NCBI GenBank assembly: GCA_973895155.1
Contig: OZ316893.1
Location: 12,974,359 to 13,038,358, forward strand
Reading direction: 5' to 3'
DNA from: Marsupella aquatica
Taxonomy: Eukaryota > Plantae > Marchantiophyta
Length of the DNA stretch: 64,000 nt
The notes below the pieces were generated by a model. That model was not told the DNA's origin. It made no database searches and saw nothing but the letters and a program-made list of their open reading frames with translations. Shown in pieces: positions 28,669 through 41,950 of the stretch. The stretch's first letter is position 1. Each line of letters opens with the position of its first letter. Position numbers and translations under genes: made by a program.

Positions 28669-29597
28669 ATGGTGAGGAGAAGTCGACCTCAAAAGAGGGA
28701 GAGAGCCCAAATCAAGTCAAGAGAGAACCAAACCCAAAATATTAAAGATGCTACTACACATTCAAGAGCAACAATTGTGCGAAGTAGTGGAGGAAGTTAC
28801 TTTTGGGGAGGAGAATTGATTAAAGTTGATTCATGGGACACGAATGTTTTTCTTGATTGTTTGTTGATTTTTAGAAGATTTGTAAATGGGAGATTCAAAT
28901 TGGTGGAAGCCACTTATGATGAAAAATTTGACAGGATTGTATTCCTGATTTATTGAGGGACCGCCACATTGAAGAGGAAACCCTAGACATAGAAATTGAA
29001 GAGGAATTAAAGGAAGCATTGGCAACATTGAAAGGAGATCAATATTGGAGAAACAAGCTTGACAATGTACTAGTGAAGTTCTATGAGAATTCAAATGTAC
29101 TTCTAAATGAAGAGAAGCTTGTTGTGACTTTGGAAAGGCAAGAGTTGATAGGAACATTGGACCATTATAATAGAAACGGTTGGATTCTACTCAAGTGGAA
29201 GGATTGGAGTGCAGGAAAACCCTGCTTTCAATGGAGTTCCGATTTGCCAGAAATGTTTGATTTGACCAATGTTTTAGTATTGAAGAGACTTTGGATTGAT
29301 GATGGTGAGTATAAGTTATTACCCATCAAGGATGAGAATGATTTTGAATTTATGTTAAAGAAGCACAAGCACCATACTATTTGGGCGTCTGAAACAGAGG
29401 AAATCAAAATCAAGGAGACGTTAGCCGTATTACATGAGATTAGTGAACCTTGGGTAGATACACTTGATTTCCTAGAAAATCTATTGAATGGATATAGGAC
29501 ATCAAGTAGAGCAAGTGGTGGTGAACAATGGATTCTTCCAAGTAGATTTAAATTGATACCCCAAAATGCCGAGACCCCAACCAAGATCACTTGGTAG
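28669..29597 (+). pseudogene. Extra ORF between PBS and gag (~300 aa, one frameshift), unknown function
   Basis: Overlapping ORFs 28669-28956 and 28953-29597 with globular, Trp-rich composition. Confidence 0.55.
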
Positions 29598-30117
29598 TTT
29601 TAGAGTTGAAAACATTAGGGATTCTTATTTGTGAACGAGAGTACTCAGTCTAAGAGGTAGACGAGGGATTCACTGGTTATCAATCACATGGTGGGAAGGA
29701 GATCTCCTACATTTAGTAATTCTCAAACTGAACGGAAGGATCAGCGGAGAAAGATACATTGTTATTTCAATTCTAGAATTGGCCAGAGACCTCATGACCA
29801 GGAGGAATGATAGGAGAAGAGATCAGCAGTAAGAAGATTGTCTTTTTGGAAGAGGAAGTAGGGAGAAGAAGAGACCCGGACCAATGTCCGACCCGGACCC
29901 GAACATTTGTCCGGGTAGGCCATTGTCCGACCCGGATCAGAAGCCGGGTCTGAATCGTCGTACCCAAAAGGCACCCGGAAACTCAGGAGGTAAGAGGTAA
30001 ACGTCGTGACCTAGGGAACCTCAGGGTGGACCCTCGGCAAGAAAAAAAGAGGAGTATGTCCAGGAATCTCATGAGGATCGATTCATTCAATTATTCCAAT
30101 CAGATTTATGAGTTGGT

Positions 30118-31346
30118 ATGTCAAACGAAGGAAAGTCAAATTGGAGAAAGAAGAGTAACGTTGACTTTGAGGACGAATCATCAGGAGTGACATCAGTGCA
30201 GCCACGACAACTATTTCCTGATTCACCACCTGTTGGGATCGTTTCTGATCGGCTGACGGAACTCCAAGATAGATACGGAAAAGGGAGTATTGAAAACCCT
30301 ACCTCAAGTCGTCCAACCTACATTAATTTAAGATCTGGACCTAAATTGGTACCACCAACCCAGATTGGTAGGGGATCTATACCCACGGGAAGAGGACGTC
30401 AAAAGTCTACAAGTTTAGACAGATTGAAGACCCCTCGGCAGTTCCAAACCTTGGGTACGGCAAAATTTGAAGAGGATTGGGAATTGGAAGTCCAATCAGA
30501 ACAAACTGAAACTACCTCTCCAGAAATTGAGGAACAACATCCAGAGGAATCGGGTGGAGATAATGAAGTTGACCTAAATAAAGCATATTTGGATGACGAA
30601 TATAACACCACTGATCCAGAATCGCTTGTGACTCCAAGCCCTCCAACAATTAGCGGTACTAGCAATTCAAGTGTTCCACCTAGTACACTGCGTGCAATTG
30701 TGAATTCTGTAAGTAGTATTTCCTCTCAAAGAAATCCTACCTCCACCATGACGAGTAGAGGAAGAGTTAAGTACGAAAACTTCTGTGGAAAGAAGGCAGA
30801 TGCTGATACTTGGATTGAAGACTTTGAAGCCATTGCCACTTCAAATGGCGATGACACCCCCGATATGAAAGCTAAAATCTTTGGTGGATTAATGAAAGGA
30901 GAAGCAAGAACCTGGTATTCAGGATTGCTGGACAAAACAGATTGGGCCACTGTAAAGGCTGAATTTCTCAATGAATTCAAGGAAGAAGGAGCTACCTTTC
31001 GGGCCTTCACTCGACTCAGTTCTGTTGCAATGAAGAAAGGAGACTCCCTTAGAGCCTATATGCAACGAGTAAGTAAGTTGGCTCGGAGAGTAACCCCCAC
31101 ACCTGGCGCTCACCTGGTAAAGGAATGGTTTATCCAAGGATTGTATCCAAAGATGAATCGTTTTGTGCGGAGATCAGAACCTGCTACATTAGATGAAGCC
31201 TATTCCAAGGCCCAATCTTATGTTGATTCAGAAATGAGCCAGAGGAAATAGTTGGTAAAGGAGCTGAGATAGGAAAAAGCAAAACAAAAGAAAGGGAAGA
31301 AGAAGGGAAAGAAGAAAAGTAAGAGGAAAGACGAATCTTCTTCGTC
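30118..31346 (+). pseudogene. gag: gag, 5' part (Retrotrans_gag capsid domain)
   Basis: FCGKKADADTWIEDFE...MKGEARTWYSGL...DWATVKAEFLNEF...WFIQGL. Premature TAG codons near 31250-31270; interrupted by the CACTA element. Confidence 0.88.
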
Positions 31347-34300
31347 CACTAGTAGAAACCGGGGCAATTTAGACCATACCTTATAGGACTATGCCCACTA
31401 AGTCCTTTTTCCATACTTAAAATGACTCGCACCCATTGCACCGGTTTTGTTGAAGACTAGAAAAGACTATGAGTGTTTTATGGTTTACTAAAAGACTATG
31501 AGAAGTAACCTTGCTACTTTGCGAAGGGTGAATAGTCTAGCACATCATGGGTTTTATTGTTGGCTTTTGATAATGGTCATGGGCGGGTACACAACTGATG
31601 TTTTGACCTCTGAACCAACATCCCGCTATAATGGTACTCAATTTGGACAATGTTCACTTATGTTCAGGAGGGATAATTCTATAAAGAGGGTGATAGCAAG
31701 GGGCATATATAACTCATTCAATGGCCTTATTTGTGACCAAAAAGGTTTGGGGTTTAATGACTTCAGTGGGGTTCATGTTTAATATAGGGTTAGCAAGACT
31801 ACAATAATATGTCACTCAGAACACTTTAGTTCATGGAGGGTGGACTACGGATGGATGGTCAAGATATTATTGGCCATTACTAAATCCATCTATAAAAGGC
31901 CGAGATACACAAAGGTAGATTTTTACCGGTCCTTTTTCATACATTAGAGCTAGGCCACATTCTTGCACCGGGAATATTGCATTTTAGGATTGGATTTAAT
32001 GTTGGGCAACCTTAATCCTGATTATGGCACAATAGAATGCCACTATGTGCCGACCATGTATGTGCAAATATGACCATTCATTGCCTTTTTAGGGTAATTT
32101 GCCAGGCCATTTTTGCCTTGTTGGAGTCCACTAGTGTTTACAGAACATATGCTTCTGTGCTCAACAGCTCACCCCAACGGTTAGGGCTTTGTAAATTCCT
32201 TCCCCTAATTCTGTTTAAGGGTTTACGCTTAACTTTTGGGCCGGACTAAACTACATGGGCAAGGCGCGGGAGAATTCATCGTGACTTAGTGGTCTAAACA
32301 AGGTGGTGGGGTCTTGGGTTGGGTGTTCGGGGTTTTGCCAAAGGGTTTTTCATTGACAATGAGCTTTCTCGATCAGTCCAAGCGCCATGCTGCCCTAAGT
32401 GTATACACTCTTGCCATCCCAAGCACCTCACGCGAGCTGTGAGCAGTTGCATCCTCCTGTTGTAAGTGCATTGATCTGCCAAGCGTTCAAATGCAAAGCT
32501 GCTAGCGTCTACTCCCTGTGCTGGTTGAATGTGTAGCGTTGTCTTGTGACGATTGAAGATTGCCCCTTACCTTTTACCGCCATCGCTGAATGCAGGATCA
32601 ACCCGAATATAGCACCTGTGCAGAGGCATTGGGTGAACATAGTGAATGCCATTTGTGTCTTGTGCAAGGTTGCGGGCCTAACATTCTTGAGTCGTGAGCT
32701 GCAGACTACATGCGACTCCAAAGGAGGCATTGGGGAGGACACGGTGAAGCAACAAGGAGCGGCGCGGGAGCTTAGAATGGGCCAACGCTAGCTGAATCCA
32801 ATCCAGGAGATGTTGCGCTAAGGTGAGACTCTGAGTTTAGGGTTGCTTCAGTGTCCAAGTAGGTTTTCTCTTTGCGTCGGCAGCTAGAAGGTAAGCTCGG
32901 TCCTCATTTTGTGCAATGTCTGCCTGGCACTTGGTTCTTGATCCCTACATTGTCGTCTGCCGCTCGGCTGCTTGCGAAAGGGATCGAACAGATTGGAGAT
33001 CACCATGGACTGACATTCAGGCCTGGGTCAAGCAAGGAGGTTAGAGTTGAAGTCGCCTATGCTTGGCCTTCTCTATTTTCTCTGCTTGCCACTGCCTCTA
33101 TTGTTGCTTACCATTTCCAGCTGGTGAAGCTGCATGCAGGTTGCATCTATTCTATGGGCGCGCTACGGGTGTTTTATGGATTGTGGACTTTATGTGGTGC
33201 GAGAATCGGTAACAACATGAACCGGCCCTCACATGAATCGGCCCTCACAGAGATCCAGATGCAGGGCCCTCACAGAAAAATGCACCTATGCAGGATGCAC
33301 AGGGCCCTCATCAAGTGCCAGGTAGGTGGGCAGCTAGAGAGAAATCACATAATCCATACCCTAGAAGGAGCCAGAGTTATTGGCAAGGGATGCCTGATGA
33401 TTATGATGATGACTATGATGGAGCAGAAGATGGATGGGATGAATATGAACACCCAAAGTGTGGTAGAGACGGGTACAGAGGGCAATGGAAAGGTGAGGAG
33501 GATGATTGGACAAGTAAGTGCCTTGTGCTAGTGATTTTGTGATGGTAGTAGAGATTTAGCTCAATATGGACTTATCTGATGTCTAGCTAGGGCAAAGAGT
33601 TCATCTTACAGGTCCATCAGTGTGGCATGTACCTGTTGGTATGCAGACTCTGATTGGGACAATCACAAAAACAACAAAGGCCATCCACGTTCAGATAGGA
33701 GGCAATCATTCACAGGCGGGAGAAACGGCCCTAATTCTTCAAGACAAAGCAATTGGACAGGTGGTCCAGAACCATCTATGCGCCAAGGGAGAGGTAACTT
33801 GGTCATTGCAGAATTGCTCTGAAGTCCAGTGTATATTTGGCAGCAAAATTTATGCCTCATACTTACCTAATGGATCCCGTAAATGTGCAGGGACTCCAGG
33901 GAGGTTTGGACAATGCAATCCAGGCCGTGGGGGGAGATCAGGCCGTGGAGGGACCCCAGGCCGTGGGGGGACACCAGGCCGTGGAGGGACACCTAGTAGC
34001 GCTTCAGGGAGTACCAAGGCAGGAGACAGTAACAAATTTGGTAAAGTAGAAGTGAATTCCGAAGGTTGGATAACTCCCACATGTGGTGGTAAGAACCGTT
34101 GGCATTCTGACCTAAGAGGAGAAGTATTGCGTTGGTTAGATTTGAGCATTACAGAGTTTAGGAGTCAGAACAAAGCTGATTGGGCTGCTATCTGCAAGGA
34201 CATTCTTGAACGGTGGGACTATGTTGGTAATGATGGTAAGGGCCCAGTTGAAGATTGCATATCAGATTATGCAATGAGGATTTTGAAACAAGAGAGGCAT

Positions 34301-37175
34301 AGGTTGAAAAGGATGTGGATAGACAATGGTTCTAACAGGAGAATGCCACCACCCCCATCATTGGAACTGGATCAATGGACACGGTTAATCAAAGGGTTCA
34401 TGTCGGAGGCTGGACAGAGCAAGAGTGAACTGATGTCAAATGCTCGAGGCAAAGTGAAACACCTTTCACAGGTTGGGAGAGGAAGTTATGCTCCACTGAA
34501 AGAACAATTGGTAAGGCAGTGACATGCCTGATAGTAAGCCTCAAACTTATCATCTTGCTACCATTATTACATTTTCATTGACAATCAACACTTGGTTTCA
34601 TTCATATGTATGTTGATGTGGACTGCAAAAGAAATTGACAGGTGAAGAACCATCAGCACAAGAAGTGAGAGAGGAGTTCATGAAACAAAGGAGTGAGGTG
34701 ACAAGTGTGACTTCCAAACAGGTGATTATGTTGTAATTTTGTATGTTCTGTGACTATTTGGCCTTGAGCATCAGAAAGAAATGTAGTAGGAAGTAAGCAA
34801 CCAGTTCTTGGGGACAGTTATCTGAGATATGTAAGTTGTGTTATGACAGGGAACTGTTACAACTCTCACAGAGATGTGTGAACGGTTGAAGTCATTAGAG
34901 TGTGGACTCCCTCGAGTGGAAAGTAAATTGGCTGATCGTTTGGATATTGTGGAGGCATCTGTAGCAAACCTTCTTGCATTAGTGGAATCTAATTTCAAGC
35001 TTGTGATTGAAAAATTGGGTGGTTCCCCCAAACAATGAGGGCAACATTGTACAAAGTGTGCCCTTGTTAACAAAAAAGGGAATTGGCAAATCTGACACAG
35101 GTATGGAAATGACACCGGCCCATTGTTCATTGTGTCCTATGTTCAAATGTTAGAAGTAAGTTTTCATGAATTGAGTGAATGGTTTGAATGCAGGAAGAGT
35201 GGAGGCAGAGAAGGACCCTGTAATCAGTAAACAGAAGGGCAAGAAGGTTGCTGAGATAGGTAACCTGCTATGATCCAGTACATTACATTTGAAAAGTGCA
35301 TGGAGTTTTGTGAAGCTTAAGCCGGTTGGAGGTAATCTTTTCTGTAAGAACTGGTTGGATCAACTGGGATCTGAAGTGTCATCATGATTGATGTATCAGG
35401 TGATTCAAAGAGCAATAATGAAAAAGATGTGCCCAGTGCCTCAGTGACCATAGCCAAGGAGGTACCAGGTAAGTTGATGCTTTAAATTCCTCTATATGAA
35501 TGTTGAGAAACAATTCAGTGGTTAATAGATTCAACTTGAATATTGTGGTGTGTTTATTGATCAGCAGAAGCAGACATGGAGGATATGGCAATGGCAAAGA
35601 AGGGGAAGAAGGCTGTTCATAATGGTAAGGAGATAGTGACAACTTTGTGGTTGGTGATAGTACATTTAGCACATGTGATGGGTGATTGACTTATGTTGGA
35701 CATGACACTAAATTGTAGTTGATGCAGAGTTGACAGACTCTCAACCAAGTGGGAGCAGGGTGAAGCGACGTCGAAACTTGGGAGCAACATTGGATGCAAG
35801 TAAGATTGTAGATGCTTCATTTGAAGCAAGTACAATGTTGGCAGATACTGAGATGATGTCGCAGGAAAATCCTGCTACACAATCGGAAGTGTCAAATATG
35901 GATGCAGATTCTTTGAAGAAGAGTGTAGCCAATTCTCGATCACCAGCACAAAACACTCGTGCCAAAGTCATGACTCGCAACCAAGGTATGAATAATGTCA
36001 TGTATAAGCCACCCAGGAAAGCCAAGAAAAACAGCCAGGGTAAGGTGGAGGTGATAGCCACAGCAGAGCCGGTCCATAATCTTCTATCATGGGAGGATGA
36101 CTCGTAGGTATCTATGGGTACAGGCATTTTGCGACCGGATCATGCTAAATTCCATGGCAAAGTGGTCCCGGATGACCATGTAGTAGTGTTGTTGACTACA
36201 GTGATTGTATCTGATTGTAATTTGCCATTTTCGAATAGAGATGATGATCCACCTCAGGAAATAATTGCAGATGCAGTAGGATCTCTTGTGCTCTGGCCAA
36301 CAGAGTGTGTTAGTCTACAGTGACTGAATGCAAGTGAATCATGTGAATTGTGTCACATTTTGACATTGCCTTGGAAAGATCCAAGAAATATCTGTACCAA
36401 TTTTTCCATTTGGTAAAGAGGATGAAGGAGCCGTTGTGTGTGACATTGATATTTCTGAATTTTGTATGTATGAAACAAGTTATTGATGTCAAACTATGGC
36501 TCTATGGTGATTGTCTATGATACTTGAATCTATTTTGTATCATTTCAGTATTAGTGTGTATGGTATAGAGGAATACTTTGTGACCTTCTTTGTAGTCTAT
36601 GATGTTTGAATCTGTGAATTCATATTAGTGTACATGGTATAAAAGATGGCTTTCTGAAACTCTATGTGTTCTAATGTTAACATGATGAATGGTGAGCTTA
36701 TAGAGTGATTTCATTCCAAGTACACAATAAACATGAATGGAATGTGTTATTTGTGCACAAGAGTGAGTTCATTCCAAGTAGTATAGTGGGGTTCATCACT
36801 CATATCCAGTTGACATGAAAGACTTATACATACCCCACAAAGTGTCTACTTTAGTCGTTTTATAAACCCACAAAGTATATTTAAAGAATACCCTCCATAA
36901 CCTTTTTAGTTGTTCCCAACGATTACCATCGCAGCCCATAAAAGACTGAAAACGACTCACCAAAGTTACCCACACAAAGACTAAAAGAGACTGAAAATCC
37001 AGTCTATTAAACGACTTATAAACTAGTTCTATAAAGGACTCAGTTGATTATAGTAACAAAACATACGACTCGCAGTCCTATAAAGGACTGGAGTCCTTCC
37101 TAGTCGTTTTCAAGTCCTATACGGTACTGAATAGTCGTTTAATGAGGTCTAAATACCCCCCGGTTTCTACTAGTG
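31347..37175 (+). mobile_element. CACTA (En/Spm) non-autonomous DNA transposon, 5829 bp
   Basis: TIR CACTAGTAGAAACCGGGG / CCCCGGTTTCTACTAGTG; 3-bp TSD GTC at 31344-31346 and 37176-37178; subterminal aggact/aagact repeats. Removing it restores the gag Ser-rich tract. Confidence 0.95.
33620..36323 (+). CDS. TnpA/Ptta-like accessory gene of the CACTA element (spliced, probably decayed)
   Basis: GRGG repeats, then RHRLKRMW...PPPSLELDQWTRLIK...KSELMSNARGKV...GRGSY (Transposase_24-like) and a C-terminal FHGKVVPDDHVVV...DAVGSLVLWP domain. Several GT/AG exon borders. No TnpD core seen. Confidence 0.65.
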
Positions 37176-37178
37176 GTC

Positions 37179-39325
37179 TGAGACTTCCTCTTCTGATTCC
37201 AATAGTGACGACTCTTCTAGCACCTCCAGTAGCGACTCAGATGACTCATCTTCGGACTCAGACTCGGATAAGGACATAAAACCTAAGAAGGTGGACACAA
37301 CCAATAAAGCAAAGAAGGAAGTGGAAAAAATGAAAGGAATGTTGTCCTCACTCACTAAGGAAATGAAAAGTCTGTCTGTGAATTTAGCTTCTATAAAAGG
37401 TCCAAGGAAAACACCACCACTTTTAAGACACAATGTTTGGTGTTCCCTTTGTAGAAAGATGGGGCATTATCCCCATGAGTGTCCCACGGCCTCCCGAGTC
37501 AATTATGTCTTCAATGATGAAGGAATGGTAGAAGGGAATTATGAGGACCCTTCTTACCAGACTGTGTTCCCTGAAGTGGCGTATCAAATCCAGACCGGAC
37601 CATCAACTCCCCCTCCTGTTCAATACTTTCCACCGCCACGACAAATCTCCAATTTCAATAGGCCAGTATATAAACCTCCTATGGCACCACCAGGAGGATA
37701 TCCCCCATGAAATCAAATGAATAGGGGTGAGTGTTGGAATTGTGGATCAAAGGATCATTATTCCCCTTCATGCCCATGGCCAAAGAGGGATACGGGGTAT
37801 TCACCAATGTGTGGTAATTGTGGACAAGAAGGGCATCTTCCATTGGAATGTCCCCAACCACCCAAGGCCAAGATGATGGTACGATATGTGAAGGACCCGC
37901 CTGCTGCACCAATAAAAACAGACTCAGCCGTCAGGTTGATTTACCTAGAAGAAGACACAGACCCCCATTTTGAACAATGTCGGCTTGTAGATCAGAGTGA
38001 AGAAGTGACTCCCGACCAGCTTCCAAAAGTGAAGAAATGGCAGGATCTCATATGGTTACAACCGTTGGCGGGTATTACCTATGACCGTGATTGTGAACAT
38101 TTAATAAAAGAGGAAGAAAAAGGACAGCCAAATCTAAGAATGCGCAATAGAGATAGGATCCTGAATATTTTTGCAACCACCAGGTCCAAAAAGACACAAG
38201 AAAAGGAGGAATTACAAAAGAAACCTCGAAAGAAATCTGAAAAGAAGCAAGACAAACCTAAAGGATCGGTAGCTGTGGCGAAGGACAAGGATGATGCAGC
38301 ATATGACCGTTATGACCCTAAGTATTTTCTGCCAGACATTTCAAAGGAAGTAAAGGAGATACTCCAAGAAGAATTAATGGTAGAATCAGCACCAGTAGCA
38401 GAAGGTCCTATTGTAGGAAAGAAGCAAAGTCCTGGTGACAACATCCCTCTTAAGAAAGTTCAATTTGAAGTAGATCCTGTTCGACTAAGAATTGATGGCC
38501 TTCGTTCTCCTTACAATATTGTTGAGGATGTTAGTGGTTTAAAAGCCAACATTACCTTTGGGGAGTTATTGCGCTCCAATCCAAATTTTCGGAAACAAAT
38601 GAAGACTCTAGTTTCTTCTAGGCGAAGATCCTTCAAATTGCCTAGTGTTCACCAGTGTATGCAAATTGAATCAAAGGACTATGGACCTCCAGAAATTGAA
38701 GTTCAAATTGCAGGTTGTGTGATTACCAAGGTACCTGTTGATGGTGGCTCTAGTGTAAATATCATGACACAGGCTATTGCAACAGAGTTGGGATTCCTTA
38801 AGTTTGATCCTACTCCCAAAATGACCAGACCAGAGTGATACCCGCTGGAGCCATAAAAAAGGTGGATACTATAATTGGAGGGCGCAATTTCAAATTAGAT
38901 TATATCATCATTCAACCTAGCACTCCTTCCTTCCCAATTCTTCTTGGACGACCATGGCTGTACATGGCCCAAGTTAAAGTTAATTGGCATGCCAAACAAT
39001 TTTCATTTGGTTCGCCTCGAGTTATCCTAAGTTGGGAAGACAACCCCATCAAGGAGAAACAGAAGAAGATGAGGGGTATACCTCTGAGTCCACCATCACA
39101 TCTTCCGATGGGGAAGAAACACCTTCCAGGAGCAAGAAGTCCAAAGTGCAACTAAAGGAAGAGGATGTAAGATTTTTAGATATTTTTGAGTTTGAAGCAC
39201 CAACATTAAATGAAACCAACGGAGCTAGTTCCCTGGACCACCCAAACTTGCACCATTTAACAAGGGAGACTCAACCCGGACCCGGATTCAATGAGACCCA
39301 AAATCCGGACAAAAGTCCGGATTGA
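37179..39325 (+). pseudogene. gag 3' part (three CCHC zinc knuckles) and aspartic protease
   Basis: CSLCRKMGHYPHEC, CWNCGSKDHYSPSC, CGNCGQEGHLPLEC; VDGGSSVNIM and ILLGRPWL; stops and frameshifts. Confidence 0.9.
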
Positions 39326-39361
39326 CAATTTAAGGACCCAGACCCGGCTCAAAAAGGAGAA

Positions 39362-40936
39362 ATGGAGGACTTCTGGAACTCAAAATCTTCTGAATTTTTT
39401 TCTGAGAATAATGACGGAAGTAAGGCACCTACTGGTAAAATTCTAAGTTCAACTGATGAGTCTGTTGACAATTATAAAGAATTTCAACCTATGGGGTTTA
39501 CGGAGGGGATTGTGGATCCAAAAGCCTGTCAGAAAATTGAAATAGAACCTGGTAAATTCCTTAACATAAGTAAACACATTCAAGGAGATTTGAGGGAGAA
39601 ATACATAGATCTGCTGAGACAATACCGAGACGTGTTTGCCTGGAGCCACAAGGACATCAAGGGAATTCATCCTTATTTGGGACAACACCGAATTGATCTT
39701 CTTGAAGGATCGGTACCAATCTGGCAAAGACAGTATCGACTCAATCCTAAGTACTCCATTATGGTTAAAGAAGAGATAGATAAGCTAACTGAAGCAGGAT
39801 TTATTTTTCCAGTACTCAGCAGCGAATGGGTATCCCCCATTGTCATTGTTCCCAAGAAGTTTGGACCTGATGGCAAGGTCAAGATCCGTGTGTGTCAAGA
39901 TTATCGCAAGCTCAATGCGGTTACCAGGAAAGATCACTACCCCCTACCATTTATTGACCTCGTTTTGGACACAGTAGCCGGTCATGCTCTATTCAGTTTC
40001 CTTGATGGGTATTCAGGATACAACCAAGTTTCCGTGAGGGAGGAAGACAAGGATAAAACCACTTTTACAATAGATTGGGGTACTTATGCTTTTAATGTAA
40101 TGCCGTTTGGATTGTGTAACGCTCCTGGAACATTCCAAAGGATTATGATGATCATATTCCAAGAGTATCTTCATAGATTTCTAGAAATATTTATAGATGA
40201 TTTTTGTGTTTTCTCCTCCGCTGAATCTCATCTTGCAAAGCTAAGACTTACTTTTCAGAAGTGTAGAGAGGCTCAACTTTGTTTACACCCAGATAAGTGT
40301 TTCATTGGGATGCAAGAGGGAATTCTTCTAGGAAATGTAATTTCCCAACAGGGAATCGCAATGGATGCAGAGAAGGTGAGAGTTATTGAAAATCTGAAGC
40401 CGCCCACTAACCTTAGAGAGCTTCGAGGTTTCTTGGGTTATGTAGGTTACTACCGGAGGTTCATCCGCCTTTATGCAGATCTGGCCATGCCCTTAACACA
40501 ACTGCTAAAGAAAGATGTGGAATACCAATGGACAAAGGAGAGACAACACGCCTTCGAGAAACTCAAGAGTAAACTTACTTCCACACCTATCTTAATTCCA
40601 CCTGATTGGAATAAAGATTTCCATGTATACATTGATGCGTCAACATTTTGTATAGGAGCGGTCCTAAGCCAACAAGATGACAATAAGAAGGACCATCCTA
40701 TTTATTATGTCAGCCGACAAATGAATGCGACAGAGAAGAACTATTCAGTAACTGAACGAGAAGCCTTGGGAGTGGTTTTTTCTTGCAAAAAATGCAGGCA
40801 TTACCTCCTGGGAAACCAAAGAAATCTCTCGAGTTATTTCAGCTATGCACACCAAAGAAGCTGGAGGGCATTATGCAGTGAATGTGACTGTCAAGAAGAT
40901 TCAAGCGGCCGGATACTGGTGGCCGACTATGCATAG
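39362..40936 (+). pseudogene. pol: Reverse transcriptase and truncated RNase H
   Basis: SEWVSPIVIVPKK, RVCQDYRKLN, FLDGYSGYNQ, MPFGLCNAPGTFQR, FIDD; RNase H YIDAS...GAVLSQ...NYSVTERE, which breaks off after RHYLLG. Confidence 0.93.
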
Positions 40937-41909
40937 GGACACCTATCAGTATATCAAAGCTTGTGATCCTTGCCAAAGGTATGGTAGACCATCTTCCTCT
41001 TCTCATTGGCCACTAACCCCAATTCTACCATTGGCACCTTTCGAAAAATGGGGAATTGACTTCATAGGCCCTATCCAACCTGCTGCCGCTCGGACATGGG
41101 CTCGATACATTATCTTAGCAACCGACTATGCCACGAAATGGGTTGAAGCTCGAGCGACTAAGAAAAATGATGCAGCAACAGCCGCCAAGTTTCTATTTGA
41201 AGACATCATCACCCGGTTTGGATGCCCATTGGAATTGGTCAGCGATCGAGGTTTGCATTTTCTTAACCAAACTATTCAACATATCACTGACTTATATTTA
41301 ATCAAGCATAGGAAAACAACTCCCTATAATCCCAAAGCAAATGGATTAACGGAGAGGGCAAATGGGCTAATGGGGCAAATCTTAACCAAGATTGTGTCCG
41401 CACACAAAACTGACTGGGACCAAAAACTCCATTCTGCCTTGTGGGCATATCGGACAGCAGAGAAGATCACAACTAAACACACACCTTTTTACTTGGTATA
41501 TGGCTTAGCAAGTATTGTGCCCATTGAGTTTGATCTTCCTACCCACCGAATTAGTTCCATTAATAGATTAAACATCAAAACCAGTCAAGATCTCAGGCTT
41601 GTCGCTTTGGAAAAATTGGAAGAGGATAGATACCTTGCCTTAACCGAAACAAATAAACAACAGCAAATGAGAACTGTTTGTTACAATCGGAAGATGAAGA
41701 AAGTCGATATAGAATCAGGGAATTATGTCTTATTATATGATAATTGGCACATGGTTTTCCCAGGGAAGTTGCATACTCGGTGGTTAGGGCCATACTTGGT
41801 GAAAGAAGTCTTTCCCAATGGATCACTGCAGTTAACAGATTTAGAGGGTGAAGATTTACCTACTAGGGTAAATGGCTCTAGGGTCAAGAAATATCACATG
41901 CCACCTTAA
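40845..41909 (+). CDS. Integrase (HHCC + DDE), no chromodomain
   Basis: H..GGH...CDPCQR; WGIDF, LVSDRG, PKANGLTERAN; GKLHTRWLGPY; VNGSRVKKY. Confidence 0.93.
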   Translation: MHTKEAGGHYAVNVTVKKIQAAGYWWPTMHRDTYQYIKACDPCQRYGRPSSSSHWPLTPILPLAPFEKWGIDFIGPIQPAAARTWARYIILATDYATKWVEARATKKNDAATAAKFLFEDIITRFGCPLELVSDRGLHFLNQTIQHITDLYLIKHRKTTPYNPKANGLTERANGLMGQILTKIVSAHKTDWDQKLHSALWAYRTAEKITTKHTPFYLVYGLASIVPIEFDLPTHRISSINRLNIKTSQDLRLVALEKLEEDRYLALTETNKQQQMRTVCYNRKMKKVDIESGNYVLLYDNWHMVFPGKLHTRWLGPYLVKEVFPNGSLQLTDLEGEDLPTRVNGSRVKKYHMPP

Positions 41910-41937
41910 TGAGGTTTGCGAGGGCGCTGCACCAGTT

Positions 41938-41950
41938 GAGGAGGGGGCTA
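41938..41950 (+). promoter_or_regulatory. Polypurine tract
   Basis: GAGGAGGGGG(CTA) immediately before the TG of the 3' LTR. Confidence 0.85.
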
